The notes beneath the pieces were generated by a model. It was not told where the DNA came from. It ran no database searches and saw nothing but the letters and a program-made list of their open reading frames with translations. From a virus, in the IMG/VR virus record IMGVR_UViG_3300025536_000011: DNA of 64,000 nt, one strand, 5' to 3'. The translations under genes were made by a program, and so were the position numbers. Position 1 is the first letter of the stretch; the number at the start of each line of letters is the position of its first letter. This document shows, one piece after another, positions 1 through 9,760 of the stretch.

Positions 1-195
1 ATGCACGGAGCGGGCCATTACGGAGATTTAGCTTATGTAGTCTTTAGGCTAATGGATAAAAATCTTAAAAGTAATAGCTGGACAAGAATGTCTACTATTA
101 TTGGTTCCGTGCTTGGTGCGGTGCGGGAGTGGCAAAAACGACGTGTGGATAAATATGAAGAGTCGAAGAGACTAGAAAATGGAGACATTATATAA
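1..195 (+). CDS. 5'-truncated conserved phage protein (DUF6899-like)
   Basis: Pattern GDLAY...YEESKRLENGDI resembles the GELNY...PYEDxKxxENGDV phage family; stop TAA directly abuts the next ATG. Confidence 0.5.
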   Translation: MHGAGHYGDLAYVVFRLMDKNLKSNSWTRMSTIIGSVLGAVREWQKRRVDKYEESKRLENGDII

Positions 196-771
196 ATGCT
201 TACGCTACTTATAGATACCGAAACTGGCGGGCTTACACCAAATTACTCAGTATTATCAGTTGGAGCCGTAGTGCTTGACGTAAATACCGGAAATATTCTA
301 GAGGAATTTGAAGCAAAAGTTAGGCTCGCTTCACTCGCAGATTATAAGGTAACGTCGAAGGCGTTAGAAATTAATAAACTAAGCGTACAAGACTGCTTTG
401 AAAATGGCATTTCGCCGGAGGCGATAAGAGATAAGCTGCTTGATATGTATGTTAAGCACGGTTGCACTCTTCTAGGCGGACATAATTTTCTATATGACGT
501 AGAAATGCTTACAGCAAATATTTTTAATTGCTCAATATCAGAATTTAAGCAAGCTTTCACGTACAGATGGCTTGATTCGTTAACAGTTATGCGATTATTT
601 GAGGGGCATAACGAAGTACCAGCCGGTGCATCACTTGAGAAAACCGCAAAAGCCCTTGGCGTTAAAGTTGCCGATAAATCTAAACTACACTCTGCACTAG
701 TAGATATTAAGCTAACTGCCGCAATTCTTCATAAGTTCCGCACACTTTTAATGGGACTCAGCCTGAAATAA
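196..771 (+). CDS. DEDDh 3'-5' exonuclease (DnaQ/epsilon-like)
   Basis: ExoI IDTETGG, ExoII GHNFLYD, ExoIII HSALVD. Confidence 0.88.
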   Translation: MLTLLIDTETGGLTPNYSVLSVGAVVLDVNTGNILEEFEAKVRLASLADYKVTSKALEINKLSVQDCFENGISPEAIRDKLLDMYVKHGCTLLGGHNFLYDVEMLTANIFNCSISEFKQAFTYRWLDSLTVMRLFEGHNEVPAGASLEKTAKALGVKVADKSKLHSALVDIKLTAAILHKFRTLLMGLSLK

Positions 772-1257
772 ATGTCTGGTTATCGCAAAGATAAGCGTAG
801 CCTCAAAGAATTTAAGGCCGATATTAAATCGGCGAAGCACATTGAGCTAGACTGTTTAATGCGTTGGCTTAAAATACAGGATAAGCCATTATCTTATCAG
901 GCTAACGCACCAGGGGAAGATGGGGAGTACTTAGAAGATAAAGAAGTGACCACTGACGCCGACTATAGTGTTGAATCTTATGGGCTAATGGAAGTTAAGT
1001 TTAGTAAGCCGATGATAAATAAACATTTTCATTTAAAGGTTGCTCAGGTTCAGTCTTACCTAAAACAGGGAGCCACCATCTTAATGGTAAACGGTTATGA
1101 AACTGAGCGACCAGAATGGACGCTCATATATCCTGATAAACTTGAAATATTGACTAAGCACCCAGATTGTCCAATCATCCCTTATTTCGGATTCGGGGGC
1201 AAGCCATCATATAAAATTCCGGTGGGACTATTTTACTGGAGAGAATTAAATGTTTGA
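772..1257 (+). CDS. Putative PD-(D/E)XK nuclease-fold protein
   Basis: DADY...MEVK motif spacing; translationally coupled to neighbours. Confidence 0.45.
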   Translation: MSGYRKDKRSLKEFKADIKSAKHIELDCLMRWLKIQDKPLSYQANAPGEDGEYLEDKEVTTDADYSVESYGLMEVKFSKPMINKHFHLKVAQVQSYLKQGATILMVNGYETERPEWTLIYPDKLEILTKHPDCPIIPYFGFGGKPSYKIPVGLFYWRELNV

Positions 1258-1528
1258 AATAACACTAGAAGAATGTATGCAAATAGGTGACAGAATACGT
1301 ATTGTTTATTGCGACGAAGACAATGATAACCCAGGCAAATGGGACCACATATTCAAGGCGGTATGGCCAGTAGAGCAAATCCAGGGTGTGCCAGTCGAGC
1401 CAATTATAATAGATGAATGCTCTGTAAAACCATGCTCCGACTGTAAAGGCACCGGACAATATATTGGACTAGGTTTCGCTCCACCAGAGCCTTGCTTACG
1501 CTGCGGAGGCAGCGGCAATGAAATTTAA
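1250..1528 (+). CDS. Small protein with DnaJ-type CxxCxGxG zinc finger
   Basis: CSDCKGTG and CLRCGGSG repeats. Confidence 0.6.
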   Translation: MFEITLEECMQIGDRIRIVYCDEDNDNPGKWDHIFKAVWPVEQIQGVPVEPIIIDECSVKPCSDCKGTGQYIGLGFAPPEPCLRCGGSGNEI

Positions 1529-1964
1529 ACCAGAATACCCTAAAATCAAAATGGCTGCTAGTGGCATGTGTAATCCAATCACGGGCCATACTTTCTCCAT
1601 AAATGAAATAGAAAAAATAGATCCGGCTTCTATTTATTATGCGTTAGATCCAAGAGATCAGACACGTAAAGATTATATAGAGCATGGACCAAAAATCGGG
1701 ACCACAATTGTCATGCGTAATAGGCTGCTAGATGCCATTTATCTAGCAGGGGATACTGCCGCAGCAGCGGCGGTTAAATTGGGATACCCAATACATTGGT
1801 TACTTTATTCCGGGCCTCCTGGCTATATTACTGCCTCGTGCATAGCACGAATATTATCAATCTATCCTATAGATATAGACTATTATTTACATACTTCGAC
1901 ACGATATGCAGAAAACGAACAGGCGTGTATTCAGAATATTAAAGAATGGATTGCGAAGCAATGA
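1518..1964 (+). CDS. Hypothetical protein
   Basis: Operon-packed ORF overlapping both neighbours; no recognisable motif. Confidence 0.5.
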   Translation: MKFKPEYPKIKMAASGMCNPITGHTFSINEIEKIDPASIYYALDPRDQTRKDYIEHGPKIGTTIVMRNRLLDAIYLAGDTAAAAAVKLGYPIHWLLYSGPPGYITASCIARILSIYPIDIDYYLHTSTRYAENEQACIQNIKEWIAKQ

Positions 1965-3127
1965 AGATCATTAACTTAGTAGCCGAAAACATCAAGCGTA
2001 TAAGAGCCGTAGACATTACACCAGAAGATAATTGCGTCATCATAGCTGGCAAGAACGGTCAGGGTAAGTCTAGCGTCATAGACTCTATCTGGCTCGCCTT
2101 GGAATACTCCAAGGCGAAGAAGGACAATCCTATGCCAGTAAGGGATGGTCAGGAAACAGGGACTATCCAACTTGATCTTGGCGAATATATAGTAACTAGG
2201 ATCATCCGACAGGACGGATCTTCTTCCTTAAAAATTGAAAATAAGAATGGCGATAAAGTGTCCAGCCCACAATCTTTACTGGACAATATAGTCGGCGATC
2301 TATCATTCGATCCGCTAGCCTTCGCCAGAGCAAAGCACGATCAGCAAATCGAGATACTTAATAAGTTACTTGGTATAGACCTACGATCTTACGAAGTGAG
2401 ATATAAAGCTTTGTACGATGAGCGTAGCTCGTTTAATAAAGAGAAAAAGACCCTGCTTAATATTATAGATAATGTTAGGCCACCAGCAGACAACGAGTCC
2501 GAAACGCCGATATCTAATGCCGAAATACTTGCTCAAATAAAATTAGCACAAAGTCAAGAGAAATGTCGTTCGCGTGTCCGCGACATAGACGCAGAGATAG
2601 ATCGTCTTAACGCCGAAAAACTGTCACTTCTACAAAAATTAGAGGGGCCTTCCTATGATATTGAAAAATTGACTGGACAACTCGAAGAGTTGGACAGTCA
2701 TAATAGGCGAGCAGAAGAGATTAAGAATTATAAAAAGATTAAGAATCAGATTGACTTGGCCGAACAAGGTGTTATACTTAAAGAGTCAGAAATGGACAAG
2801 TTAGAGCAAGACAAGACAGATGCCATTAAAGGACACTCATTACCAGTTGACGGGCTTGAAATCACAGCAGATACAATTAAATTCAACGGATATCCATTTT
2901 GTCAGTTATCAACATCCCTACAAACTAAGATTTCTACAGCGATTGCTATGGCTCTGAACCCCAGGCTTAGAGTAATAAGAATAATAGATGGTTCACTTTT
3001 GGACGCTGACTCAATGTCAGTCATTAAGGAGTTGGCCATTGCCAACGACTTCCAGGTGTGGATCGAACGGGTAGACGAGTCCGACAACTGTGGTATTATT
3101 ATAGAAGATGGGAGTGTAAAGCTATGA
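1961..3127 (+). CDS. SMC/SbcC-like coiled-coil ABC ATPase (recombination-associated)
   Basis: N-terminal AENIKRI, Walker A GKNGQGKSS, central coiled coil, C-terminal QLSTSLQ signature-like and IRIIDG Walker B; start set at the ATGA overlap at 1961. Confidence 0.85.
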   Translation: MKIINLVAENIKRIRAVDITPEDNCVIIAGKNGQGKSSVIDSIWLALEYSKAKKDNPMPVRDGQETGTIQLDLGEYIVTRIIRQDGSSSLKIENKNGDKVSSPQSLLDNIVGDLSFDPLAFARAKHDQQIEILNKLLGIDLRSYEVRYKALYDERSSFNKEKKTLLNIIDNVRPPADNESETPISNAEILAQIKLAQSQEKCRSRVRDIDAEIDRLNAEKLSLLQKLEGPSYDIEKLTGQLEELDSHNRRAEEIKNYKKIKNQIDLAEQGVILKESEMDKLEQDKTDAIKGHSLPVDGLEITADTIKFNGYPFCQLSTSLQTKISTAIAMALNPRLRVIRIIDGSLLDADSMSVIKELAIANDFQVWIERVDESDNCGIIIEDGSVKL

Positions 3128-3501
3128 TGACAATCAATTGGCAGAAAATTGAATCCCTCAAGAAAAGATTAGACACACAGTTAACCGACGAGGAGTTTCT
3201 AGTAGTTAAAACACAAATAGGCAAAAATCCTCCGCGTCTCAGTAAAATAAAATTCCAAGACTTCTTAAAGACTATATGGGCTTTATACGATATTAGTGCA
3301 AGCGTCAATTCCATTAAGATCCTAAAAAAGGATGATAATAAGATTCTATTTCATTATGAAAGGCCAAAAAATCTCAGATCCATGCCCAAAAGCGGTAATC
3401 CAAATATTGTGCTCGCTTGGAAGAAGTTTAATCTGACTAAAAAAAATGCACTATTACAGATACTAGAAAGCGAAATCATCAATGACGACACGGGAAATTA
3501 A
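3124..3501 (+). CDS. Hypothetical basic protein
   Basis: ATGA overlap with the SMC-like gene stop; Lys-rich. Confidence 0.5.
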   Translation: MMTINWQKIESLKKRLDTQLTDEEFLVVKTQIGKNPPRLSKIKFQDFLKTIWALYDISASVNSIKILKKDDNKILFHYERPKNLRSMPKSGNPNIVLAWKKFNLTKKNALLQILESEIINDDTGN

Positions 3502-3970
3502 CTGGAACGAATTAATCAAAAATATTGCGAAAAAATGCAAACGTAAATATTATACGGCCGATGTACAAGACGAGGATTTAGTCCAAGAAGGATTTTTAGC
3601 TCTTGAAAAGGCTAAGCGGCATTATAAGCCAACAACAACAGTACTCTTTAGCACTTATGCATATAAAGCCATACAAAGCAATATTTATAGGTTCATGCAC
3701 AAAAATTCGAATAAATTACCTATAGTACAAGAGGAGATTTTTTTAGACAACATACCAGGCAAAAGTGTCGTACTCTGGCACGACATAACAGATGCAATCA
3801 ATAGACTAGATTGTACAGAAAAAGACCTTATAACAGATTACTTCTATAATAACATGACGTATCACGCATTGGGCGAGAAGTATGGTAAAAGTCACAACGC
3901 AATGTTTCTTAAAGTTAAGAATATACTATCTAAATTAAAAAGAGAATTAAAGTCATATGAAAGTCATTAA
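3482..3970 (+). CDS. Phage sigma-70-family factor (region 2 + region 4 only)
   Basis: DEDLVQEGFLALEKAKRHY...FSTYAYKAI (region 2); C-terminal HTH MTYHALGEKYGKSHNAM. Confidence 0.88.
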   Translation: MTTREINWNELIKNIAKKCKRKYYTADVQDEDLVQEGFLALEKAKRHYKPTTTVLFSTYAYKAIQSNIYRFMHKNSNKLPIVQEEIFLDNIPGKSVVLWHDITDAINRLDCTEKDLITDYFYNNMTYHALGEKYGKSHNAMFLKVKNILSKLKRELKSYESH

Positions 3971-4145
3971 TTATACCGAATGTCGTAGTTGTGGAGCACA
4001 ATTTTATAGTGGTCAAAAGACTCATCTTGAAGATGGCGACGATATGGAGATTATTTGTCGCAAGATACCTAGATGTTCACAATGTAAGTTTCAAGACAAT
4101 AATAGGATTACAACATCTAAAAAGCCACGAGAGGATGTATGGTAG
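3957..4145 (+). CDS. Small zinc-ribbon protein
   Basis: CRSC and CSQC pairs. Confidence 0.45.
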   Translation: MKVINYTECRSCGAQFYSGQKTHLEDGDDMEIICRKIPRCSQCKFQDNNRITTSKKPREDVW

Positions 4146-5101
4146 ATTATATCCCAATCAAACATTTCAAGGTTGGCGAGAAGTATTCACAAGTCTTTTA
4201 TATTAAATCGCTAGAAAAACGAGTTAGTACAAAATGTACTTACGGCGTATTAACCCTGCTAGATGTATCTGGCGAAATCACTGGATATGTCTGGAACTAT
4301 ACGTCAGCGTTACCACTTAAGGTCGGACAATGGGTACATTTAACATTTATAGCCAAAGAACACGAAAACAAGATAAATTTTATTATTCAACCACAAGATA
4401 TAGGCACGGTAGACGAAACCCTAATTAATAAAAGCGATTATTTTTATTCAATACATCCCAACGTATTAAAAGTAAATATAGAGAGACTGAATAGTTATAT
4501 TGCCCAAATAGAAGATCCAGACTTAAGAGATATCCTTGGTAACGCTTCTGTAAAAGAACGTCTCAATTTAGTTGAATTCATGAGTTGTTATCCGTATGGC
4601 TTAAAAAATACCTTATCATGTGATGGCGGATTAATTGTTTATACTAATCATTTGATTATGTTAACTTTGTCAATGCTAGATGGTTTAAAGAACATAGAAG
4701 TACCATTAAATAAATCACTGTTAATAGCCGGTGCTATATTTCGCAATCTTGGTTGGACATCGGCCCTTAAAAAGGGGTTGATTTGGGAGCCGAGTGACTC
4801 TTATTATTTAGTCGGTATCAGACAGGCATCTTTTATGATCGCCAATCATATATGTATGACTACAGAAACCGACCTAAAGACGCAGATCCCAGAGCCTAAG
4901 AAGGCCGCTCTTTTTGAAGCATGTCTCAAAACTAGCGTCACAGATGCTTATACACCAGAAAATCAGATATTAATTACGGCTAATAATATATTAGATCAGA
5001 TGATCTTTAACGAGTCTAAACTACTTAGGGCCAAAGTTGGCCAGGACATCTGGCTAAATGGTCTATTTATAGGGCACCATGCTAGCAGACCTGAAAACTA
5101 A
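4139..5101 (+). CDS. YhaM/CBF1-like OB-fold + degenerate HD-domain protein
   Basis: N-terminal OB fold (LTLLDVSGEITGYVW); HD-domain scaffold GGLIVYT and LLIAGAIFRNLG with the metal ligands replaced. Confidence 0.7.
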   Translation: MVDYIPIKHFKVGEKYSQVFYIKSLEKRVSTKCTYGVLTLLDVSGEITGYVWNYTSALPLKVGQWVHLTFIAKEHENKINFIIQPQDIGTVDETLINKSDYFYSIHPNVLKVNIERLNSYIAQIEDPDLRDILGNASVKERLNLVEFMSCYPYGLKNTLSCDGGLIVYTNHLIMLTLSMLDGLKNIEVPLNKSLLIAGAIFRNLGWTSALKKGLIWEPSDSYYLVGIRQASFMIANHICMTTETDLKTQIPEPKKAALFEACLKTSVTDAYTPENQILITANNILDQMIFNESKLLRAKVGQDIWLNGLFIGHHASRPEN

Positions 5102-5654
5102 AATGGAGTCATGTCGTAGCTGTAGGCTCTGTGAATCTAGAACCCAGATAGTGTTTGGAGAGGGGAATGCTGATAAACCAAAACTAATGATAGTGGCCGA
5201 AGGGCCTGGGCAAGAGGAGGACGAACAAGGCAAGCCATTTGTTGGTAAGTGCGGAGCAAAGCTAGATCAGATTTTAAAGTATATTGGCGTAAGCCGACAA
5301 GAGATTTATATTACTAATGCAGTAATCTGTAGGCCGCCCAATAACAGACCGCCGCTTCTCGAAGAGATATTAGCTTGCCAATGGCGACTACACCTACAAA
5401 TTAAATTAATACAGCCACAATTAATTGTTTTGCTTGGCAAAACAGCTATGATGGCCATGCTTGGGAAAGATATTAAAGGGCCACTCAAACAATTTTTTAT
5501 AGACGATTGGCTTACTTTTACTATTGATGGTCAAGAATTCAAAGCAATTAGCTCCTATCACCCCTCGTTTTTGCTTCGCACGGGCTCACGAGGAACCAGA
5601 GAAGTGCTGCCACACTGGAATCGTATTAAATTATGGATTAATCAAAATGGCTAA
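5079..5654 (+). CDS. udg: Uracil-DNA glycosylase family 4 (Fe-S)
   Basis: CRSCRLC, VFGEG, AEGPGQEED, GKPFVG, YITNAVICRPPNNR, YHPSFLLR. Confidence 0.93.
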   Translation: MLADLKTKMESCRSCRLCESRTQIVFGEGNADKPKLMIVAEGPGQEEDEQGKPFVGKCGAKLDQILKYIGVSRQEIYITNAVICRPPNNRPPLLEEILACQWRLHLQIKLIQPQLIVLLGKTAMMAMLGKDIKGPLKQFFIDDWLTFTIDGQEFKAISSYHPSFLLRTGSRGTREVLPHWNRIKLWINQNG

Positions 5655-5829
5655 ATGGACTTTAGAAGAGATAGAAATAGTTAAAACATGTTATAAAAAT
5701 ACAACATGGGAGGAGTTGAGAAAACTACTTCCAATGTCTGGAGATAATTTATATATTACTCCTCAAGGACACAGAGTATGTAAGACCTGTAGTAATCTTA
5801 GAAGAAGAATTAAAAAATGCAACATTTAA
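5647..5829 (+). pseudogene. Probable homing-endonuclease remnant (Myb-like N-terminus fused to an HNH-associated Zn motif)
   Basis: MAKWTLEEIEIVKTCY resembles the N-termini of the LAGLIDADG ORFs at 42368 and 48884; SGDNLYITPQGHRVCKTC resembles the C-terminal motif of phage HNH proteins; no nuclease core. Confidence 0.5.
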
Positions 5830-6572
5830 TCAAAGCTGGATTAATTAATAATCATGCCATACAATATGGTATACAAAGATTACAGCCAGGATTATCAAAG
5901 AATGGTCTAAATCAATTAATACATGATTTTATTGTTAAGGCTGGTGGACGTCCCGCATTCTTACAGTATAATGGATATCCTGCATCAATTTGTGCCTCAG
6001 TAGGGAGTGAGATTGTGCATAGTATACCGAATGATTATATTTTTCAGAACGGTGACGTAGTAACCGTAGATGTTGGCACTGATTATCATGGTTGCTATGT
6101 AGACTCGGCTACCACAATAATTTGTGGTATTAGGAATAATGCAGATCATATCTACCAAATATGGTTCAATCGTCTATGTTTGAAACATATAATCCGCAAT
6201 ATTAAACCTGGCATCACTTTATTAGATATCGCCAAACTTGGCGACAATGCCTTAAAATATTACAGCCCGGTAGGACTTAATTTACAAATTATCCCCCACT
6301 TAGGAGGTCATTTTTGCGGTACGGCACTACATGTCGATCCTTTTATATGCCACACAACTAAAGGCGTCCCGCAAACAGAGTTAGATAAAATGCAACAAGT
6401 GGCATTAAAAGTTGGTGACGTTTTATGTATTGAACCTATAATTACTTGTGGCGGCGTTGAGACAGAGACACTACCGGACGGATGGACTATTGTAACCAAG
6501 GATGGGTCGATTGCGACTCATGAGGAACATACAATTATAATTACTGAGCATGGAGCAGAAGTAATAACATGA
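5817..6572 (+). CDS. map: Methionine aminopeptidase type I
   Basis: GYPASICASV..EIVHSIP, VDVG...VDSA, GGHFCG..LH, IEPI, THEEHT; all metal ligands present. Confidence 0.93.
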   Translation: MQHLIKAGLINNHAIQYGIQRLQPGLSKNGLNQLIHDFIVKAGGRPAFLQYNGYPASICASVGSEIVHSIPNDYIFQNGDVVTVDVGTDYHGCYVDSATTIICGIRNNADHIYQIWFNRLCLKHIIRNIKPGITLLDIAKLGDNALKYYSPVGLNLQIIPHLGGHFCGTALHVDPFICHTTKGVPQTELDKMQQVALKVGDVLCIEPIITCGGVETETLPDGWTIVTKDGSIATHEEHTIIITEHGAEVIT

Positions 6573-7162
6573 ATGACGAAATCGTAGCTGGCGGTGGTCA
6601 TGGACAAATTAATTCAAAGCGAGTCATTATTACTACTGAGATGAACGAGCTAGCTCCAATTCTTGAAGTTAAAACACACGAATGCGTAACACCATTAAAT
6701 GGTGAAGACTTAGAGACTATTAATCAATTAAAAGAGTTGCTCTTAGAGCAATGGGATACGTCTTATGGTATTGCGGCACCACAAATTGGAATTCCTAAAC
6801 GTATTTTTATTATGAGAGACCGACGCAACCAAGTCAGAGTTTTCGTCAATCCTGTTGTTATACGAGCCTCGCGAGAGGCGAGTAATAAGCCAGAAGGATG
6901 TCTTTCTGTAAAAAACTTCTTTCCAAGGGTCACTAGATCAAAAAGCATTACTATACAGTGGTTTTGCCCTGATAAGGGCAATATACAAGAATCTATCTTC
7001 CAAGATATGGACGCTCGCGTAATCCAACACGAGCTAGATCATTTAAATGGCAGATTAATTACATATCATGGTATGTTAAATTTAGAAAAACAATTCAAAC
7101 ATAAAATGGCCATTAAGAACAAAAGAGATCAAGCCAGAACAAAAAGAAAGGCAAAAAGATAA
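6569..7162 (+). CDS. def: Peptide deformylase
   Basis: GIAAPQIG, EGCLS, QHELDHLNG motifs; basic C-terminal helix. Confidence 0.95.
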   Translation: MNDEIVAGGGHGQINSKRVIITTEMNELAPILEVKTHECVTPLNGEDLETINQLKELLLEQWDTSYGIAAPQIGIPKRIFIMRDRRNQVRVFVNPVVIRASREASNKPEGCLSVKNFFPRVTRSKSITIQWFCPDKGNIQESIFQDMDARVIQHELDHLNGRLITYHGMLNLEKQFKHKMAIKNKRDQARTKRKAKR

Positions 7163-7368
7163 TGGACGGTACCATAGATTTTGAGGAATATATGGAAGAT
7201 GCATTTAAACTAGCACTACAAATTGTAAAAAAGAATACAAAGGGTGACGATAATTCTCAAACTATAGCAGCTTCTAACTTAGCGTTGCCGTTGTTTAACG
7301 CCAAGATCGAAGAACTCTTTCATATCCTTTTTCATGAAGAAAGCGACGATGAACAAAATACCGCTTAA
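7162..7368 (+). CDS. Hypothetical acidic protein
   Basis: TAATG coupling with def. Confidence 0.5.
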   Translation: MDGTIDFEEYMEDAFKLALQIVKKNTKGDDNSQTIAASNLALPLFNAKIEELFHILFHEESDDEQNTA

Positions 7369-8044
7369 TTTTATTTCGCCAAAAAGTAAGAACCAACAAG
7401 AATATGTAGATTCAATTATCAATAATGTTATTACGTTCTGCTACGGATACCCCGGTAGTGGAAAAACTATTTTGGCGATTAGTACATTTTTAAATTTATT
7501 TTATGACAAACGTAATAAATATAAACGTATTATCGTCTGTCGCCCATACATTCACTCGAATATAGGCGAGGAAGTCGGGTCGCTACCTGGTACTTTACAG
7601 GAAAAGGTAGAACCATATACAGAAAGCATTAAAGATAATTTACGCGAACTTGGTATGTCTGTACAGGATATTACTGAGTTATTCGAATATAAAGTGATTG
7701 ATTTAGTGACCTTATCGACCCTAAGAGGCCGTAGTTTTAATAATTGTCTGATTCTGGTTGAAGAAGCACAAAATGTCCCCAAAAGCGGTGCCGCTATGAA
7801 ACTAATATTAACGAGATTAGGCAAAAACTCTAAAATAGTATTAAGTGGGGATATACAACAGTCTGACCTTAATAAAAATGATGTGTCTTTTTTGGAAACG
7901 GCCAATCTCTTAAAAGACATAAGCGGTATCGGCATAGTACAAATGACAGATTATAGGGATATACAAAGGTCGCCCATTGTGCGAGAAATCTTGAAAAAAT
8001 TTGAGGAGTTAGAAAATGGCTACACGCCTAGTCCATCAGTGTGA
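7349..8044 (+). CDS. phoH: PhoH-family ATPase
   Basis: GYPGSGKT, GEEVGSLPG, LRGRSF, VEEAQN, LTRLGKNSK, GDIQQSD. Confidence 0.93.
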   Translation: MNKIPLNFISPKSKNQQEYVDSIINNVITFCYGYPGSGKTILAISTFLNLFYDKRNKYKRIIVCRPYIHSNIGEEVGSLPGTLQEKVEPYTESIKDNLRELGMSVQDITELFEYKVIDLVTLSTLRGRSFNNCLILVEEAQNVPKSGAAMKLILTRLGKNSKIVLSGDIQQSDLNKNDVSFLETANLLKDISGIGIVQMTDYRDIQRSPIVREILKKFEELENGYTPSPSV

Positions 8045-8504
8045 TCTATGTAAAGTTGAGTTTACATCTGACGACGTATGGAATATCAAAATATCAAAGA
8101 AGGGGACTAAAAAAGCTGGTATTTTTGAACTATGTGCAAAATGTGCAGAAAAACTGCAAACTGATCTTATTAGTGCTAAAAAGGCAGCACCGACACCATC
8201 GCCAGTACCAGAAGTATTGTCTGACAAGGAAGCTAAAATAGCTGCCTTAGAGGCAGGAGACAGGTTTTTCCCAGAAATCAATGAGACTAGGATAGGAGCA
8301 ACCCCCAAAGGTGGCCTACAAGAAGAAGATACGGAAAATTGCTCTCATATGAATAAGACAAGACCCAGGATGTCAAAAGATGGGTTTTATAGAGAATGTC
8401 GAGCGTGTGGTGTGAAATTGCCATTAAAAAATAAACAGGAAAACGATGCTCTTAATAGTATTAATATAAAAGATGATGATCTGAATTTTACAGAAAGGGA
8501 TTAA
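8016..8504 (+). CDS. Hypothetical Zn-finger protein
   Basis: CDLC, CAKC, CRAC motifs. Confidence 0.5.
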   Translation: MATRLVHQCDLCKVEFTSDDVWNIKISKKGTKKAGIFELCAKCAEKLQTDLISAKKAAPTPSPVPEVLSDKEAKIAALEAGDRFFPEINETRIGATPKGGLQEEDTENCSHMNKTRPRMSKDGFYRECRACGVKLPLKNKQENDALNSINIKDDDLNFTERD

Positions 8505-8505
8505 A

Positions 8506-8964
8506 ATGAAAGAAATACTTAGTTGTGTGCTGATCGCATGTATGGCCTTTACTGGCTGCATTGCTACTGACACTGGACGAGGAGCGGAATTTATCGAAGA
8601 TTTAAGCCAAGAACAGTTTAATTTAGTCAATCAAGAGATCTATCTGATTGTGGAAATCGGCGTTAGGGAGCTTATTAGAAATGAGCACCTAAAGAAAGAA
8701 GATGTATTAAAGGCAGCCCAACTTATTAGTGCTACCACGACACTTTCGGCGTCAGAGACGATTATTATAGCGGTTCGTGACAGTTTAAGCGAATCTGTTG
8801 GCAATGACGCTCTTGCTAGTATTCTACAACTTGTCGAGTTAGAAATTCGTCGATTGGGGGGCTTTACAGTTATTAGGGCGGACGATGGTACCTTCTATTT
8901 CTCTGATAGATCAAAAGCATTACTACTCACGCTGGCAACCGCCTTGTCAAAAGCAAGTGTCTAA
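8506..8964 (+). CDS. Predicted lipoprotein
   Basis: Signal peptide MKEILSCVLIACMAFTG-C with a lipobox-like FTG|C. Confidence 0.65.
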   Translation: MKEILSCVLIACMAFTGCIATDTGRGAEFIEDLSQEQFNLVNQEIYLIVEIGVRELIRNEHLKKEDVLKAAQLISATTTLSASETIIIAVRDSLSESVGNDALASILQLVELEIRRLGGFTVIRADDGTFYFSDRSKALLLTLATALSKASV

Positions 8965-9451
8965 AATAAACATATATGTCACCGGGACCGGCTACGCTAT
9001 AGCCGGTCCTGGCGTGCTTTTGGCTGTCGATTTGCATCAATTAACGGCTACTTCTGGTGAAGCATATTATACCGAGAAAGAACATCTATATAGGGTTCTA
9101 ATTAAAGTGCTACTAGAGTTACAACACATAACGCCAGGTTCCGTCCATATTTATAATGACACGTCTCTTATAGAAGAAATGAGCGGCATAGCACATAATT
9201 CAATAGCTATTGCAATACGCAAAAATATAATGCCAAAAATACTTAGTATAGTTTATTTTAATAAGATGGCTCTTGCAAAGATACAAAAAGAGATATCGAC
9301 CATTAAGGAGCAATTATCTTTTAATGCACCAAAGAGATATGGAGAAATGGCCCACAATACTCAATTATCTCAAAATTTTGCAACTTCGTTTAGAAGAATT
9401 AGAGCAGAAGTCTTCAAAAGGAACTGGTTTAACGGGTCAAGAACAGCTTGA
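8885..9451 (+). CDS. Hypothetical protein, possible degenerate RNase H fold (start uncertain)
   Basis: INIYVTG...EKEHLYRVLIKVL...VHIYNDTSLIEEMSG parallels the RNase HI strand/helix pattern, with the first Asp missing. Confidence 0.4.
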   Translation: MVPSISLIDQKHYYSRWQPPCQKQVSKINIYVTGTGYAIAGPGVLLAVDLHQLTATSGEAYYTEKEHLYRVLIKVLLELQHITPGSVHIYNDTSLIEEMSGIAHNSIAIAIRKNIMPKILSIVYFNKMALAKIQKEISTIKEQLSFNAPKRYGEMAHNTQLSQNFATSFRRIRAEVFKRNWFNGSRTA

Positions 9452-9523
9452 GATAGCTGTTAATAAAGTGGCGATAGACTTTCTACAAGAAAATTTAAAA
9501 CAGATAATGGAGAACATTTTAAG

Positions 9524-9760
9524 ATGGAAAACGATAGATTAGTTAAAGTCCTAACAAGACTATTAAACGAAAGATTAAATAATTTTAATGTGCCAGAGGA
9601 AGTCCAGGCTGGCCTTTTAAATGATATATTGGCTGCTGTGTCAGCACCAGAAAAAAAGCCGCATGGTGCCTGTGTTATGACCGCCGCCGCATCTATGGCT
9701 GCTGATCGACAAATCAGAAAAGAACCTGTAAAGGGCGGTCCAAAGCCGGAAATAATTTAA
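9524..9760 (+). CDS. Hypothetical protein
   Basis: Packed ORF in operon. Confidence 0.45.
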   Translation: MENDRLVKVLTRLLNERLNNFNVPEEVQAGLLNDILAAVSAPEKKPHGACVMTAAASMAADRQIRKEPVKGGPKPEII

